Of a stretch of DNA of 64,000 bases, positions 12,991 to 27,621 are shown one piece after another (positions within the stretch are counted from its first letter, which is position 1; every line of letters begins with the position of its first letter). The notes beneath the pieces were generated by a model. It saw nothing but the letters and a program-made list of their open reading frames with translations, was not told where the DNA came from and ran no database searches. Source of the DNA: Octopus bimaculoides (lineage: Eukaryota); contig NC_068994.1 of NCBI RefSeq assembly GCF_001194135.2, forward strand, positions 36,236,215 through 36,300,214, given 5' to 3'. A program made the position numbers and the translations under genes.

Positions 12991-14316
12991 AACTGTCTAT
13001 TATAAAAGCTGTTGTTTTTCATTGATAACCAGAGTGTGTCAATACTATCAACACATGTCTGCATTACTAAGAACAAAATGTTTTCATAAATACATACATA
13101 CTTACACACACATTATAAAAATAATATATTTTATCCTTATTAACAAACAGTCATTATGAAAAGACATGCAAAACATTTTATGCTCACATCACTTGTTGTT
13201 AGGAATATTATCTAGAATTTTTTTCAGTTATTTCATATTAATATTTTTGTAAACATTTTCATAAACATGAACTCCACCACAGTTTTGTGAATATGAACTA
13301 TATCTCAAACAGACCATATTTAATTGGACATTTTGCTGTGAACAGCTGTGATTCTCTGTTAACTTTATCATGCATCATAAACAGAATTTTTTATATATTG
13401 TCATGAATCAATAATATGGTCACTTCATAAGTGAATTCATTTCTGTACACACTATACACTGTGTAGTTATTTTTATACTGAGATATATTTTCTGAGCTTT
13501 TCTTAATTCTGTTTGGATCATTATATTCTTTGTTACACAATTTAAATAACTTTTATTTGTATGTCCCACTGCTATCTCTTCAACTCAAGAACCATCGTTC
13601 ACTCATTTATTACCATTACAAGGTTTTATCTTACTTCTCTGATAATCAAACCATATGCAAGTTCATAAAGTAGTATTTCAGATACCAATTGATATTGTTT
13701 ATCCTGTGATACATCCTCTAATTACAGAAGCAGTCCACCTGGATACTGAGCTTTACTTTTCACTATTCTTCTTCAATTATGTGCTTCTTATGATCACATT
13801 AACATAGGTGTCATCCTAACCCTAGCATAAATTTTCTGTCTGAAATTTTTTCAGGTGAATCTATCAAATTATGACAGTGTCATTTCAAATAAAGCAGTCA
13901 ATTCCTGAAGCTACATTGTTCTTTCACACACACACACACACACAGCACAAAAATTACAGTTATGCCAACATAGAATAATAATTATTGAGTTATTTTGGCC
14001 AGCAGGCGATGAGTAGATAAATTCCCTCTAGGGATTATGTCCTATATACGCATACATATGTATATGTATACAAATAAATTTAAGAATATTATATTTATAA
14101 TGTATATTGTATGTAAATATAAAACAGTGGATGTTAAATTGGGGATAATGACAACACATGCACACACACACACATATATAATGTTTAATGTGAATTGTGC
14201 ATATGTATATATGTATATAAATCACCACTTTAGCGATCATCATTTTAGCATGAGTTGAATAAGACTTGTTGACACAAGTTTCTCGATGAAGCTTTTCTGC
14301 TGTTGCCAACACTTAC

Positions 14317-14385
14317 CTGTATCCAAGTAAGGTACTATTTCTTCAAGTACTCAAACAATGGACAGCCCAATAGACAGACATGCTT
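14317..14385 (-). other. Candidate 69-nt spliced exon (stops in all three frames)
   Basis: Minus strand acceptor TGTCTTTGTTTACAATCCTCCACAG| and perfect donor CAG|GTAAGT, in non-repetitive-looking sequence. Confidence 0.4.
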
Positions 14386-16859
14386 CTGTGGAGGATTGTA
14401 AACAAAGACACTGAGTACAACAGTGATTTTTTTTTTTTTTACACTTAGTGTATAAATGTCAAGGCAAGGGAAACACACAACATGCATACTCACATACACA
14501 CATATATATGGTATAAAGATATTTACAAATGTGTAGATAGTGTTACAAATACATGTATGTATCATAGAGTGAATTGATACATAAACATCAAATAATATCC
14601 ACAGTAACTAGAGGTTCAAGAGAGAAAGGCAGAAAGAACTGAAATATAAACATAAAAAAATATATCCACTGTAATAAAGAGCTCTATCATTAACACACTA
14701 TTAAATTCCAGTACATTCATGTAATAAATTTAGGTGAAACAAACTTGCATGTATATACAGAACTGGCTAAACTCATCATTTAGATCAACATATTTAAAAC
14801 ACAAGCAGAAAAGCATAAATTTCACACGTAGCTCATAATTCAATTATGCTCAACAGATGTTTCAATTCAATAAACATCGGTATTTATATAATTATGTAAT
14901 TAAGATAATTAACTTAATTTAAAAGTGATGTTCACCTAATCTTAATTATATAATGGTACAAATAATATTGTTTATTGCTTATGAAACAGCTGTAGAGCAC
15001 TATTGAATAATGAACAATATGTGAAATTACACTTTTCTGCTTTTCTCCTATGTGTGACTACATGCTCTTGTGTGCACATGTCTGTGTGTGCATGCACATG
15101 CATGTGCATCTGTGTATGTATGTGTGTGTGTGTGTGTGCACCCTTATGTTTATATTAATAACTGTACATAGTCGTACATATATGAAAACAAAAGAGGAGA
15201 GATAGACAAAGTGTGAGAGAGAGAGAGAGAGAAAGAGAGAGAGTGTGTGTGTGTGGGTGTGTGTGTGTGTGTGTGTGTGTGTCTGTCTATGCATGGAAAA
15301 GAGAGTGCATGTAAGTATGCGGCAGAAAGAGAAACAGAAACAGAAAGAAAGAGAAAGAGAGAGAGAAAGAAAACCCCTCCTGTATACTTTTCTCATAAAA
15401 ATATAATCAGTGTCCTACGTAGTCATAGTAGGAAAGTTGCTTTTAACATTTGTAATATTTAATTGGCCACTCAAGGAAATCTCTTCTAATTCAAAACAAA
15501 AGTAAATAGGAACAATCATTTTCTATTTTTATATCAGCAGCAACATATTTTATTTAAAAATGAAATGAGGTGGAAGATATCCAAAATCAGCTCAAGACAG
15601 CTTTTGACTGTTGCATGGTTATCACCCATGCAGCCTCTGACTAACTACAACACTAAGAATGAATATTTGATGCACATACTCATTAGTGAGAAAAATAATA
15701 TCTCTGTGAGTTGATAGTGATTTCCTATAAATACTCATTTAGAATAGGATGACCATAGAGCTGTCAGACAAGAAATATATAGGAAACAGAAATGAAAAAA
15801 AAGCTTTCATTTCAGCAAAATATTATGCATGTATATTTATATCAACAAGCTAAATAACATACCCAAAACTGACATAATCCATATAAAATTTCTTATTTTG
15901 TATAACTAATCACAATGACTTTTCTCCTTTTAATTTAAGACTAATAGTTATAATAAGTATCTGGTTAATAAAAACATTAACAATTCAGATGTCTCTCAGT
16001 TATCTTGCAATATATGTCATCTATATTTATTTGCCATGGAAAATACAATTTTCAGTATCAAAAGACATCCGATAATAAGATGTTAACTTTCAATAATTTA
16101 GAAGCAAAATTATTGAAATATTATGTACTGAGTTTAAGTCTATTGTGAGTATTTGGTTGTTTTTAAGCAGAATTCCATTATTTAGAATGGCATCATCCCA
16201 CCTGCTATCAAGACTAGAAACCATAATTTCTGAGTTACTGAGAACAAACTAACACTCTATCCAAAAATGGGTTTGTTTTGCACCTGATACTCACTGTGAA
16301 ATCTTAGCTTTTTTCTTTTTTTCTAAAGCCCCACAGAGCTTAAGAATTATTTAATATTCCTATTTTCATAAGGCAAAACAGGAAAAGGATGAGGGACATT
16401 CATTAAGAGGTGTGTGATTGCTTTGATGTATTAGAAACGAACAAGTTTGAACTCACCAATAATTGTTAATGAGAAATATTGATTTGTAACATTAGTACAG
16501 GGATACAAGTGTGTTCCCTTGTTGTTTAGCCACAAGAGCAAGTCTATACTCAACTACATTCCAGTCACATTCATGCCATCTTTGTGTCAGACATGGTATG
16601 CACACAAGGCTACATTATCCAGTAGAGTGTGATTTGTGGAAGTTTCAGCAGAAAGACCAATGCAGAAACTTCTTTAGTATTTTTTAGCAAAAGGTTCAAA
16701 CTGATTGAATCAACAACTGATTCTTGTTTTACTAAACCCTGAGGCTTAAAAGGTAAAGTCAGTGTCACCAGAATTTAAACCCAAAACATAAAGGGATATA
16801 ACTAATTACCCAATATATTTAATTAGGTACTCTGTTGTTTTGGCCATTCCACATTTTAA

Positions 16860-16960
16860 CAAATATTTGATCAACAACAGCTGCCAAATCTCCCTAAAGG
16901 TACACACTACCATCCTAAAAGAAAGTGAATGCATTGGATAATATAGTCTGCTTCACAGAA
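16860..16960. repeat. Short interspersed repeat fragment (related fragments near 1070-1120, 18710-18800, 19255-19310)
   Basis: acagctgccaaatctccctaaag and its reverse-complement variant (g)gaatttagttgttatttctagca recur in the window. Confidence 0.5.
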
Positions 16961-17234
16961 AGAATAACAATAACATGGTCACAGCTTAAATGCTTATGAT
17001 CTTTTGATCTGTTCAATTAGGGTTAACTGACAACACATATTGATGGTTATAATTTCCTTAAAATACAAGCATAACAAACTGTGGTTTTGGGCAGAATATA
17101 AAATTGTGAAGTCAGCAAACTAGATTAAGTTTGCCTAGACTCAATGGTATACTTAATCTCTGGAAGACGATGAAAACTTACTGGTTTTGTTGACTTGCAG
17201 AGAAGCTGTGTATGCATGTGGAAAGAGAGATAAA

Positions 17235-17287
<53 letters not shown>

Positions 17288-18044
17288 ACACACACATGCA
17301 CACATGAAATGCCTTGAGAGTGAAGCTGATAGAGGAAAACTGTGTAGAAGCCAGTTTGAATGTAGGTAGATTTCTGTTTATCTCTGACTGCTTGACAACC
17401 TGTGTTGCTTTGTTTGTGTTCCTGTAAGTTAGAAGTTCAACAAGAACTTTGTCAAACTTCAAATAGCTCTGGGTTCAATTTGATAGACTAAACCTTCAAG
17501 GAGGTGATTTAGTATGATTACAGTTCAATGACTCAGACATGTAAAACAAAACTGAACAAAAAATATATACATACATACAGATGAGTTTATTTAGGTTAAT
17601 CCAGTGACCTGTTGCTCTAAAGTTATCTTACTGTATAGACAGCTCCTCAGACAGGAATAGATTAGCTAGAAGATGAAGACACAGCACTGTGATGATAGAT
17701 AGAATGACATACACTTGGTTGAAATTACAAGTTGGCTTTTGACCAGAGAAAAGTAGAGGTAAAACACTTAGCAAGGGGAGAAGGAAATGCTAGCAAGTGT
17801 GCATACAAGAACAAACATACACACACACAGATGGAGGTTAGGGTAAAAAAAGTAGGGTAGAAAACAAAAGAAGAAGAGAAAAATAGAATAAGAAGAATAT
17901 ATAAAAGGGAAACAGATTGACTCCAACATTCACACACATAAGCATGCATACATGTAAGTAGCTAAACAGATGAATACACAATGGAACTAAGGTCAAAAGG
18001 ATCAATTTAGATGAGTAGAACAACACTTCCTTCTACACACATGC

Positions 18045-18137
<93 letters not shown>

Positions 18138-19849
18138 CATACTCAGACCTACAACCAGGCTAGCTAGTAGGGAGGAGAAAAGCAAGTTTTTCATCTATGC
18201 CAAGAATTACAGTTGCAAATAAAAAAAAAAGCAAGGAATTTCATGAAGAATTTTTTAAACTCCAGAGTAACAGTATACCTACATGCAAATAATTACGTAC
18301 AAATACATATAATTGTTTCTGAGCTTCAGTCATCAATTTTTTCAACTAATGTTGAAAAATTAATGCATACTGTTCTTGAATTTACAAAATATTCCAAACT
18401 TAAACACATAATGATATAAATTCATTTTCACACATAGATTTAAATGAACATACATACAGATAATTATGTATAGATAATTATATCAGTTCTTTTGTGAAAT
18501 TGAGAAATTATCAATACAAGCGACTTTGCTTAGAAGCAATAATGAATATAGGAAGAAAAGCTGCCTGCCTATCTTGAATATGTATTGAGAGACAGAATGT
18601 ATCAGGCAATATAAATACTGTGTTGTTTGCTTAATTAATCATGCAACGCAAGGTGTGTAGGTGCAAATGCTGCAAGGTAACCATAAGAGGATATCTGTGG
18701 TCACTCAATCTACTGGAAATAGTAACCCATTCTTTGTCATATCAGACCCCACTCTCTTAAAAAGAATGGAAAGACACAACTGGAAAAAATAGAGACGGGA
18801 TAATTTCGGGAAAGAGTGCATTTGATAAAAGTCCTTTTGATCGGAGCTGGCCTGGTGCTTAAAATAATAAAAGCATGGAAGGACATAATGGATAGCAGAG
18901 TTCTTAGATACCCTATGCTTGAAAAACAAAAAAATATGTAATGATCAAAAACAGTAGAAATACCTTTAAGATTTACTTGATCTAATGTCAGACTAAAGAA
19001 CAATAACAATACCAATAAACAGTAACAACCATTATAAGACCAAAGGAGAGACACTGTAGAGGAGAATTAAGATGTTTTAGATCAACTAAACTTGAGGTTG
19101 GTTTTAAACAGTGTTGTTGGGTTTTTAAAAATTCAGTCTGCTTAGATCAAACAGACATATGATCAACATTTTTCCATCCCTGATCAACCTGTCTTTTTGC
19201 ACATCTAAGACTGCATTAGTTAATACACTCAACAACATTCTTAAAGGCAGAGAGGTGTAATATGAAGGAATTTAGTTGTTATTTCTAGCAGGCTGAGTAG
19301 TCTCATCTATCCAACCCTTTAAGGAGGCTGATACACTTGTATCTCTAAGAATGAGATGATACTATAAATATGCATTTATAAAATTAAACATCACATCAAA
19401 ACAGCTCAACTGAACATATTTTGACATAAATGCTCAAGTAAAACACATGTGGTTAGATTAAGTTAACTTTCTTGATATCATTTTTATTCAGCAAATGTGA
19501 AAATATTTGACAGTCAATATTCTGACCATGAGAAGTTTCATAGCACCTAAGTTAAAGAGCACCGACATATTTTCTCCCTTGTCACCTCACTTATGGAAGT
19601 GTGATACTAAATAGTTGTGATAAAATGAACAGCAAATTTTTGAGATCTGTACAACTGAAGTGAAATTTGATATGTTAGATATGAAGTTTTAACTTAGATA
19701 AAGTGAGTTAAGAATACAGTTGGACATTAAAGTCATTAGTCAATATGTGGACAGGAGAAATTAATACAATGAAATGGAAATTTGATGTGAATGGATGAGT
19801 GCTGAAAGCAAATGTGTTATAAACTTTTTGTGGCAAAAGTAGACATGGG

Positions 19850-20000
19850 AAGCCATGGAATAAATGGTGTGCAATCTCAGGCTATTGGTTTCACAGGATG
19901 TAGAAAAATGTTGAGGTGAATGGTGACAGCAGACCTTTCCAGCCACATCAGTAAGAAAAACAGTCATTAAAATGGTGATGCTGTTGATGATGATGATGAT
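19850..20000 (+). mobile_element. RTE tail fragment
   Basis: ...ccagccacatcagtaagaaaaacagtcattaaaatggtgatgctgttgatgatgatgat. Confidence 0.55.
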
Positions 20001-21189
20001 ATGCATAAAACACACACACACACACTGCTAAATAAACATGCATGAAAATATATAGCTACATTTATTTGCACATACTTTTGTTTTAATATCTAGTTTTTTG
20101 GAGACCCGAACTAAGAAAATATATAAAAGAATGATAATACATTCTCAGGTTTTCTCTACCTTTTGATGAACAGATCAGATTTACATATATCCTTCAAAAT
20201 TCCAAGGGTGGGATTGTTTTGCAAGCTTCCTTCTATTTTATTGAGGTGACAAAGAAAGTAAGATAGTGTTCATTGTATATGCATATCCTCCTTGAAAATT
20301 ATCCAGCATAAGCTACATGATAAAGATGAATTTTCAGAATACCTAAAGTTTAGTGTTTGTGAAGTAAATGTGAATAGGAATAGAATACAAGAATAATGTA
20401 ATTTTGTAAACGAAGGATCAGGTAGTGTGTTTTATACAGAGAGTGAGTGGGAGATAGAAAAATGGTGAATGTGAAAAGAGAAACAGAAGTATTGATTAAG
20501 TAAAGACTGTTATAGAGCCAATAGAAAACAGAAGCCTTACACAGAACATCAATGAGCCTGTGCTTGTAGCATTGGTCATTGAATTCTTGCCTATCAAGCA
20601 GATGGCCATTATTCATGTATATAGATTCAAGAATGAATTTACATAAGTAGTAAGCACTGGTCTTGTACCTAGTCATGAAAAAAATTTAATACTCACAAAT
20701 TTAACATTCCACTTTTTCCTTTTCTTCTGGTTTTCAGTCTTAGTTTTACTTAAAATTTGTAGTAGTAAATTTCCTAAACAACCTATTGATATATGAAACA
20801 CCTAAGTTCATCATGCACATATACTTTCTGTTATATTCTTCAAATATTAGCAAGCTTTCAAGAAGCCTATGAGATTATAGTGACCTTTCTAGTTCACCTC
20901 ATAGTACACTCATCCAATCAGCTATACATATTTGTTCACAAACTTCCATATTTTGTTTTTTATGCTTGCTTAGTCACAAAAACTTTTGACATTGTCACAC
21001 AACTTGATAGAAAGTGCCTTGTTTTGGAAATAGAATTTAAATGTCTAATGCTTGTATGTATTACATATTGCCGAGAATGTATCATATTTACTCCAACAAA
21101 GTTTATTAAACTGTTTTTTGTTGCAGTTTAGAAATTTTTAATATATTGAAAAACTTTTACATTTTTAGGCTTGCTGATGTTGATGCAGC

Positions 21190-21400
21190 ACCCTGAATAC
21201 CGTTAATAAGGAATATTAAGAGCTGTGATGGTAACTGGTACAACAGATTTGACAAAGTTGTGTCAAACCTTATTGTATTGCCTCAAGTTAGCACTTTTCC
21301 TCGGACTTACTTATTAAAAACATCTTCAAAATTGACTCCTCAGAAATGGATTTTACAGTGGATCTCAGATTTTTTATGTAAGTAGACACATGAATTATTC
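21190..21400 (+). mobile_element. CR1-like RT remnant
   Basis: gatttgacaaagttgtgt...ttacagtggatctcagattttttatgt translates to DLTKLC...LQWISDFL, matching 'DF.KAFD.V...WI.DFL'. Confidence 0.5.
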
Positions 21401-22888
21401 TAATTTCAAACTTTCAAACTGAACCACACTTAAAGTTTATAAAAATCTATATGCAAAAATTGTATCAGGGCATTTGTTCAATAACAGATATAAGATCTGA
21501 AATACTTTGCATTTTGGGGGTTCTTTACATAAAAAGAAGACCTGCTAACTGTCCAATTTAGATTATTATTTATTTTTTTCAAATTCTTTGTTTTCAACTC
21601 TTCATCCTTGAAAATGTTTGTCGATTTCTTTTCTTTGTTCTGTATTCCAAAGTGTATATTTTTTAGGTCAAGAAAAACTTCTCTGTTGTTATAATTTCAA
21701 GTCTACTCTAAAGTTGTTTTATAATTTTTTTTAAAATACAGTGTGCATACATACATACATTTATATGTATATGTATGAGTAAATGTGTAAGTGTTCTCAT
21801 CATTATCTCCCAACAATTTATTGGCTGGAAGATCCAAATCAGATCTTCATTGGAGTTACTACCTTCTTAGGTTGGCATAACAGATTGAATTTGTACATTT
21901 TATTTTTAGATTGGCTTCTACCAATAGATATTGTTTTCAACACCAACCTTTTAACAAAGTTTACGTGTATATTTTATCATACCAACACTTTTATATCCTC
22001 AACAAAACTAAACTGCCCTTTCAGCTCTATACTGCCCACATTTTCTCAAACACTTTACAGAGTCTACTGGGTGCATTTTATCATAACACCAGTGAGGTTG
22101 CATTGTACATCACAAGACTAAACAATCCTCACTACTCTACATTGTCTGCCACTATTCAGGCAATGTGACCAAGTGAATCAAAAGAAGAGGATGATGACAG
22201 GAGGTGAGTTTCGTTGAGAAGGTAAAGTAAGTGAGAATATGATGTTATGATGTTGGAGGAGAAAGTAATGTAGGAAACACAGTAATAGCAGGGAGCAAAG
22301 AAGAAAAATACTTGATAGCATGATGACAGCTATTCTTGTAGGTAAGAAAGAGAGCAAGAAAGTGATGGATGTCAATAATGAGTAACTTGGGAGAGAGAGA
22401 GAGTGATGGCTAGAAGAGCAAAATGGTAATGATTGCTGGTGAAGAAAGTAAATAATGGACAGTCATAAGAAGGGGCTGGGCAATGGTAAAAGAGACAGAT
22501 GGATATCAATAGTGAGTGGCCTTGAGGAGAGAAAGTGATGGCTAGCATTACAGAGAAGTGATGGTAGGGGTGTATTGGATATTAACAGATCTGATACAAT
22601 CATTTGTCACACAAACATCTTGATTTAAGAGACAGAAAGGTTAGAGTGATGTGGTTGGTGGCAGGAAGGTGGGGGTAAATGGAATAAGGACAGATTCCTT
22701 ATTAATTCCTTCTCAAACAGATAAACATGGCACAGTGAATAGGATAGTAATAGAAAGATGAGAGAGTAATGAAAAAGCAGTGGTGGTGCAAATGAAGATT
22801 GAAAAGGAAGCCAATGAGTGAGAGACCCAAATGTAGGTATACAAACCAGTTTCCATCACTTCCAACATTCTAACGTTTACATTTGTGT

Positions 22889-22919
<31 letters not shown>

Positions 22920-23829
22920 TGTATGTTGGATAGAGCATAGTGTTTATGATCAAAACTGCCACATTAGTGAATTACTTTTATTTGAAAAAGACATCACATT
23001 TAAGTGGAAATCATTCTCAATGACTATTTTCAAGTATGTGGTTTGAGAAACCATTGAAATATTTGAGACTTTTGAACTGGACTTCGGTGAAGAAAGATTT
23101 GGAAACAATATCTCCTAACTCTCAGAATTGATATACATAACTAGAAATAGTTATAAGGTTTGGTAAAGATATTAATTTCCATTTGAAGTCATAGTTTTAG
23201 TTATTAGGTACCATGCAGTGATCTCAAACTCAAAACCAATGCAGTTACAAAGTAAGCTTCTTAATCACACAGCCATTCTTGCACAATCACACACACACAC
23301 ACACACACACACACAAGCTATGAAATCAAGTGGAGATTAATATGTTTGCTAAACCTTATAACTATTCCAACAGGTCAAGTATAATGTGCATTTCTAAAAG
23401 TTATGAAATTTCGTTTCCAAATCTCTCTTCACCAAAATTCAGCCCTCAGATATTTCAAATGGTTTCTCAAAGCAAATACTTGGAAACAGTCAATAAGAAT
23501 GATTCCTACTGCCATTTAATGTCTTTTCAAATAAAAGTAGTTCTCTAAAGTAACAGTTTTGATCATACAGAGACCATGCTCCAGCCAACTGATTACTAAT
23601 TTTTTTCAATGTAAGTCTTCTAATTAAACATATATCTTCCTCAATACTTTAGTTAGATCTGCCCACTACAATAACCTATCTGTTATACTGTTGACCTACA
23701 TTTCCTCTTTCTCTTTTTGTCACATTTACATATTTCTCTCCAACATACACTCCACTGTTGTATATTCTGTATATTTAGCTTATAAAAGACTTAGAACATT
23801 CTTCCTTCATTCAGTTTGTGCTGGCCATA

Positions 23830-23975
23830 TTCACTCATCAGGCTTTTTTCAGCTTTGGGCTACAGAAAAAGACACTTGACCAAAGACACTTGAAAAAAGA
23901 CATTAGACCCTTAGTGAAACTGGAGCCAAATCCATGTGACTGGAAACTAAACTTATTAATTACAGCCATACCTGC
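23830..23975 (-). mobile_element. Degenerate tRNA-derived SINE
   Basis: cactcatcaggctttt...gggctacagaaaaagacacttgacc...gagccaaatccatgtgactggaaactaaactt resembles 8400-8520. Confidence 0.5.
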
Positions 23976-25561
23976 ACTTTTATATACACATGATACTATA
24001 AAAAGCCTTATGAGTGGATTTGGCTTAGAGGATCTGAAAGAGCCCCATTGTTTATATATATATATGCATATGTGTGTGTGTGTGTGTGTGCTTGCATGAG
24101 TGCGTTTTTTCACTTTACATTGAACAATATAATATAGTTGTCAACAACTTCCACTGTCATACAAGTAATATCATTCAAAATTCCACAAAATCACATCTGG
24201 CCATTGTGCTGTTAATGTTTGAAGGATTAGAAGAATATCACACTGCTTGGAAATATGTGGGGAATGGTGACAGGGAGGGCATCTGCCTTGACAAATTATG
24301 TCCACTCCATACAAGCATGGAAATGTGGCCATAAAAGCTATGATGAAGATGATGATACACACACACACACACACGCACACGCGCGCGCGCGCGCACACAC
24401 ACATTTGTATGTGTGTGTGTAAGGTTTTTAGAAAACATTTTAGGGAAAATCCTTGATACACTCAAACATTTGGAAGGTTTTCTTAAATTAAAAATTATTA
24501 ATCATATAAAAATAAATCTTTAAAATCATTAGAAAAGGAGATTAACAAAGACCTTAGGTAAAGAAGTTTTTGTACAAGTGAATTTTACAGTTGTCAGCTT
24601 TTCAAACACCCATATAATGTAATTTGTACGGAAGTAGCTTTTAATAATGGTTTTCACTATTTGTGGTTCAGTTCCAGATTTAGAATTCTTATAAAGTATT
24701 CTCTTTTGCCTTTCATAAATTCTTCCTTTATTTTGAATTTTCTGTTTGCACAAATGTTTAAACATTCACTACATGCAACATTTCTAAGAGGTCAAATTTG
24801 ATTTGATACTTATGCACCCTAACCCATTCACTTAATTTTGAACTTTTGGCCTATGTACTTTCAATTGCATTGTAGACAAATGATGCAGTAAATGAGATTT
24901 TTCATTTTGTAATTCATCTTTGCATTACACTTAATTCCTTCCCATTCTTGAAAGTTCAGGTTTTGCTCTTTTCAATCAATTCCCATATTCCACAATGTGG
25001 GTTTTCACATTTTTGGTACCTGTATTATTTCATCTCCTGATGCAAATTTCATCTTTGTCAAAACTCTTTTAATATTTAGTGGTCTTCAAATATCAATAAT
25101 TTGAGGCTATAATTTTCCTATAGAATTGGTATAGAATTGGAAGGTATTGCTCATTTAACCATATATAAGTTGTAGTTTTGCCATTGTGAATGATTACAAA
25201 TGGAATATTTCTGTTTCTGCCATTCTTTGAATTGTGAAGGTTTCCCTGAAAGTCAAGAAAAGTCCTTGAAAACATGTCCAGACATGAGACAATATTATAC
25301 AGGTTGCAGTTGGTAAGAGGAAGGGCACCCAACCACAGAAAATCTGCCTCAACAAATTCCATGTGACTCATGAAAACATGGAAAAGTAGATGTGAAAATG
25401 ATATGGTATATATATATATATATATATATCATATCACACACACACGCACTCATATGCATAACACATACATGTAGCACATGTACATTTATACATAAGCATT
25501 TATATGTCATCACACACACATATAGACATATCAAAATATATATACATATATACATATATAT

Positions 25562-25602
<41 letters not shown>

Positions 25603-25605
<3 letters not shown>

Positions 25606-25920
25606 CATCATCATCATCATCGTTTAGCGTCTGCTTTCCCTGCTAGCATGGGTTGGACGATTTGACTGAGGACTGGCAAGCCAGAAGGCTGCACCAGGCT
25701 CCAATCTGATCTGGCAGAGTTTCTACAGCTGGATGCCCTTCCTAACGCTAACCACTCCGAGAGTGTAGTGGGTGCTTTTATGTGCCACCGGCACGAGGAC
25801 CAGTCACACAGTACTGGCAACGGCCACGCTCAACAAGGTATTTTTTACGTGATACCTGCACAGGAGTCAGTCCAGTGGCACTGGCAACGATCTCGCTCGA
25901 ATGATTTTCTAACGTGCTAG
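25603..25920 (-). mobile_element. Young RTE 3' end with two 3'-UTR repeat units
   Basis: (cat)6cgtttagcgtctgctttccctgctagcatgggttggacg...ttttatgtgccaccggcacg; directly abuts (TA)n. Confidence 0.9.
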
Positions 25921-26327
25921 GAAGGAATCATATTTAAGTAATACAGAATTTTAGAGGAATGACCAACCTTTCCATCCATTATCTCCTGTCTTGACTACAA
26001 TATGCTTCTATGCAACTATGATTCTTGATGAACTTAAAATAATTATAAATTTTTTTACTACCTGCTTTGAACACTTTCATGTAAACTGTTTAAACAAAAA
26101 GCCCTTCTTAACATTTTCTTATCGTTGTTAAAGATTCTATTTGTTAACACTTTCTTATCATTATCAAAGACTATAACTGTATTTTAATACAATTATGATA
26201 ACTATTTTATAATACAGCAAAGCTTATACAAAGCTTTACATTTTACTTTTGATCATCTTTTTTTTAAAAAGTGAAACCAGCCAAGTCAATAAACATCTTT
26301 AAAAGACCTCTGCATTTTCAAACCCTC

Positions 26328-26363
<36 letters not shown>

Positions 26364-26639
26364 ACACACACATATATATATATACACATATATATATACN
26401 NNNNNNNNNACACACACACACATATATATACATATATATACACACACATGCATGTATATATATATATATATTATATATACATATATATATATATATATAC
26501 ATATATATACACACTTGCATGTATATATATATTATATATACATACATACATATATATATACATATATATACACACACATGCATGTATATATATATTATAT
26601 ATACATACATACATATATCCACATACATACACGCATACA

Positions 26640-26880
26640 TGCATATCATCATCATTGTAACATTCACTTTTCCTTGCTTGCATGAGGCAGATGGAATTTG
26701 AGGCAGATTTTCTATAACTTCTTTCTAAGCAATCTAATATTTCCTCGTGGCTGAACATGTTTTCTTAGAAGATCCAAAATAATGCATTTATAACTATCAT
26801 GCAATGTCAAAACAAGGAGACACAGATACACACACATACACTGACATACGTAGACTCAAGTGAGATATGCCTCAACCATC
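26640..26880 (-). mobile_element. RTE tail variant (also at 41315-41520 and 44620-44840)
   Basis: catcatcattgtaacattcacttttccttgcttgcatgagg...tttctata...tatcatgcaatgtcaaaacaaggagacaca shared among the three loci. Confidence 0.6.
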
Positions 26881-27580
26881 ATCATCATCTAATTAATTCC
26901 TTGATGAAATAAATGGATTTCTTTATCACCAAGCTTGCCAGGCATATATATACTGCAGGCATAAGTAACAGAAATAAATATGCATCAGTCATTAGAATCA
27001 GGCATATGTCAGCTGAATAGGCAACTGCGTTAGTGCACACAATACTACTTTTATGTTACTTTCATAATGTGCTAAGTCTCACAATAGTAAAGGAACACTG
27101 CTATCAATCTCTGACTATCAAAAAGCTATCTCACCATTATTCTTTTCAGTTAATTAGTTTAATGGAAAGCTAATATTTATTTAGCTACTATGAGAAGCTA
27201 GGTTAGTGAGGGGAGTAGAGAAGTCATTTTGAGTGACGGCTGTATTTTCCATTTAAATTCATGAAAGCAAAATTTTAAAATGTTAAATCGGATTTCAGTT
27301 GAATTAAATACATTTATAATGGTTCTTCCTTGTTTTTAATGAAATCTAGGAGAGTACTACCAATATTGGATTTTAGAATATTAATTTTCACTATTATAGT
27401 GTTATATGACTGCAGCTTCAACTAATTGCTGGAGTGATTGTCACTCCATTAAATCTGTAGAGAAGATTACTTGAGAAATAGATGATCTACATACTGAGGT
27501 CCCAGTTTAATGTACTTCAAATATCAATAACAAAAATAGTATTATTGAAGCTTATAAGAGAGAGAGAGAGAGAGAGTGTG

Positions 27581-27618
<38 letters not shown>

Positions 27619-27621
<3 letters not shown>

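Noticed and set aside
22150-22860. Purine-rich tract as a possible old L2/CR1 endonuclease region
   Set aside because: Strand bias only; no motif I could read with confidence
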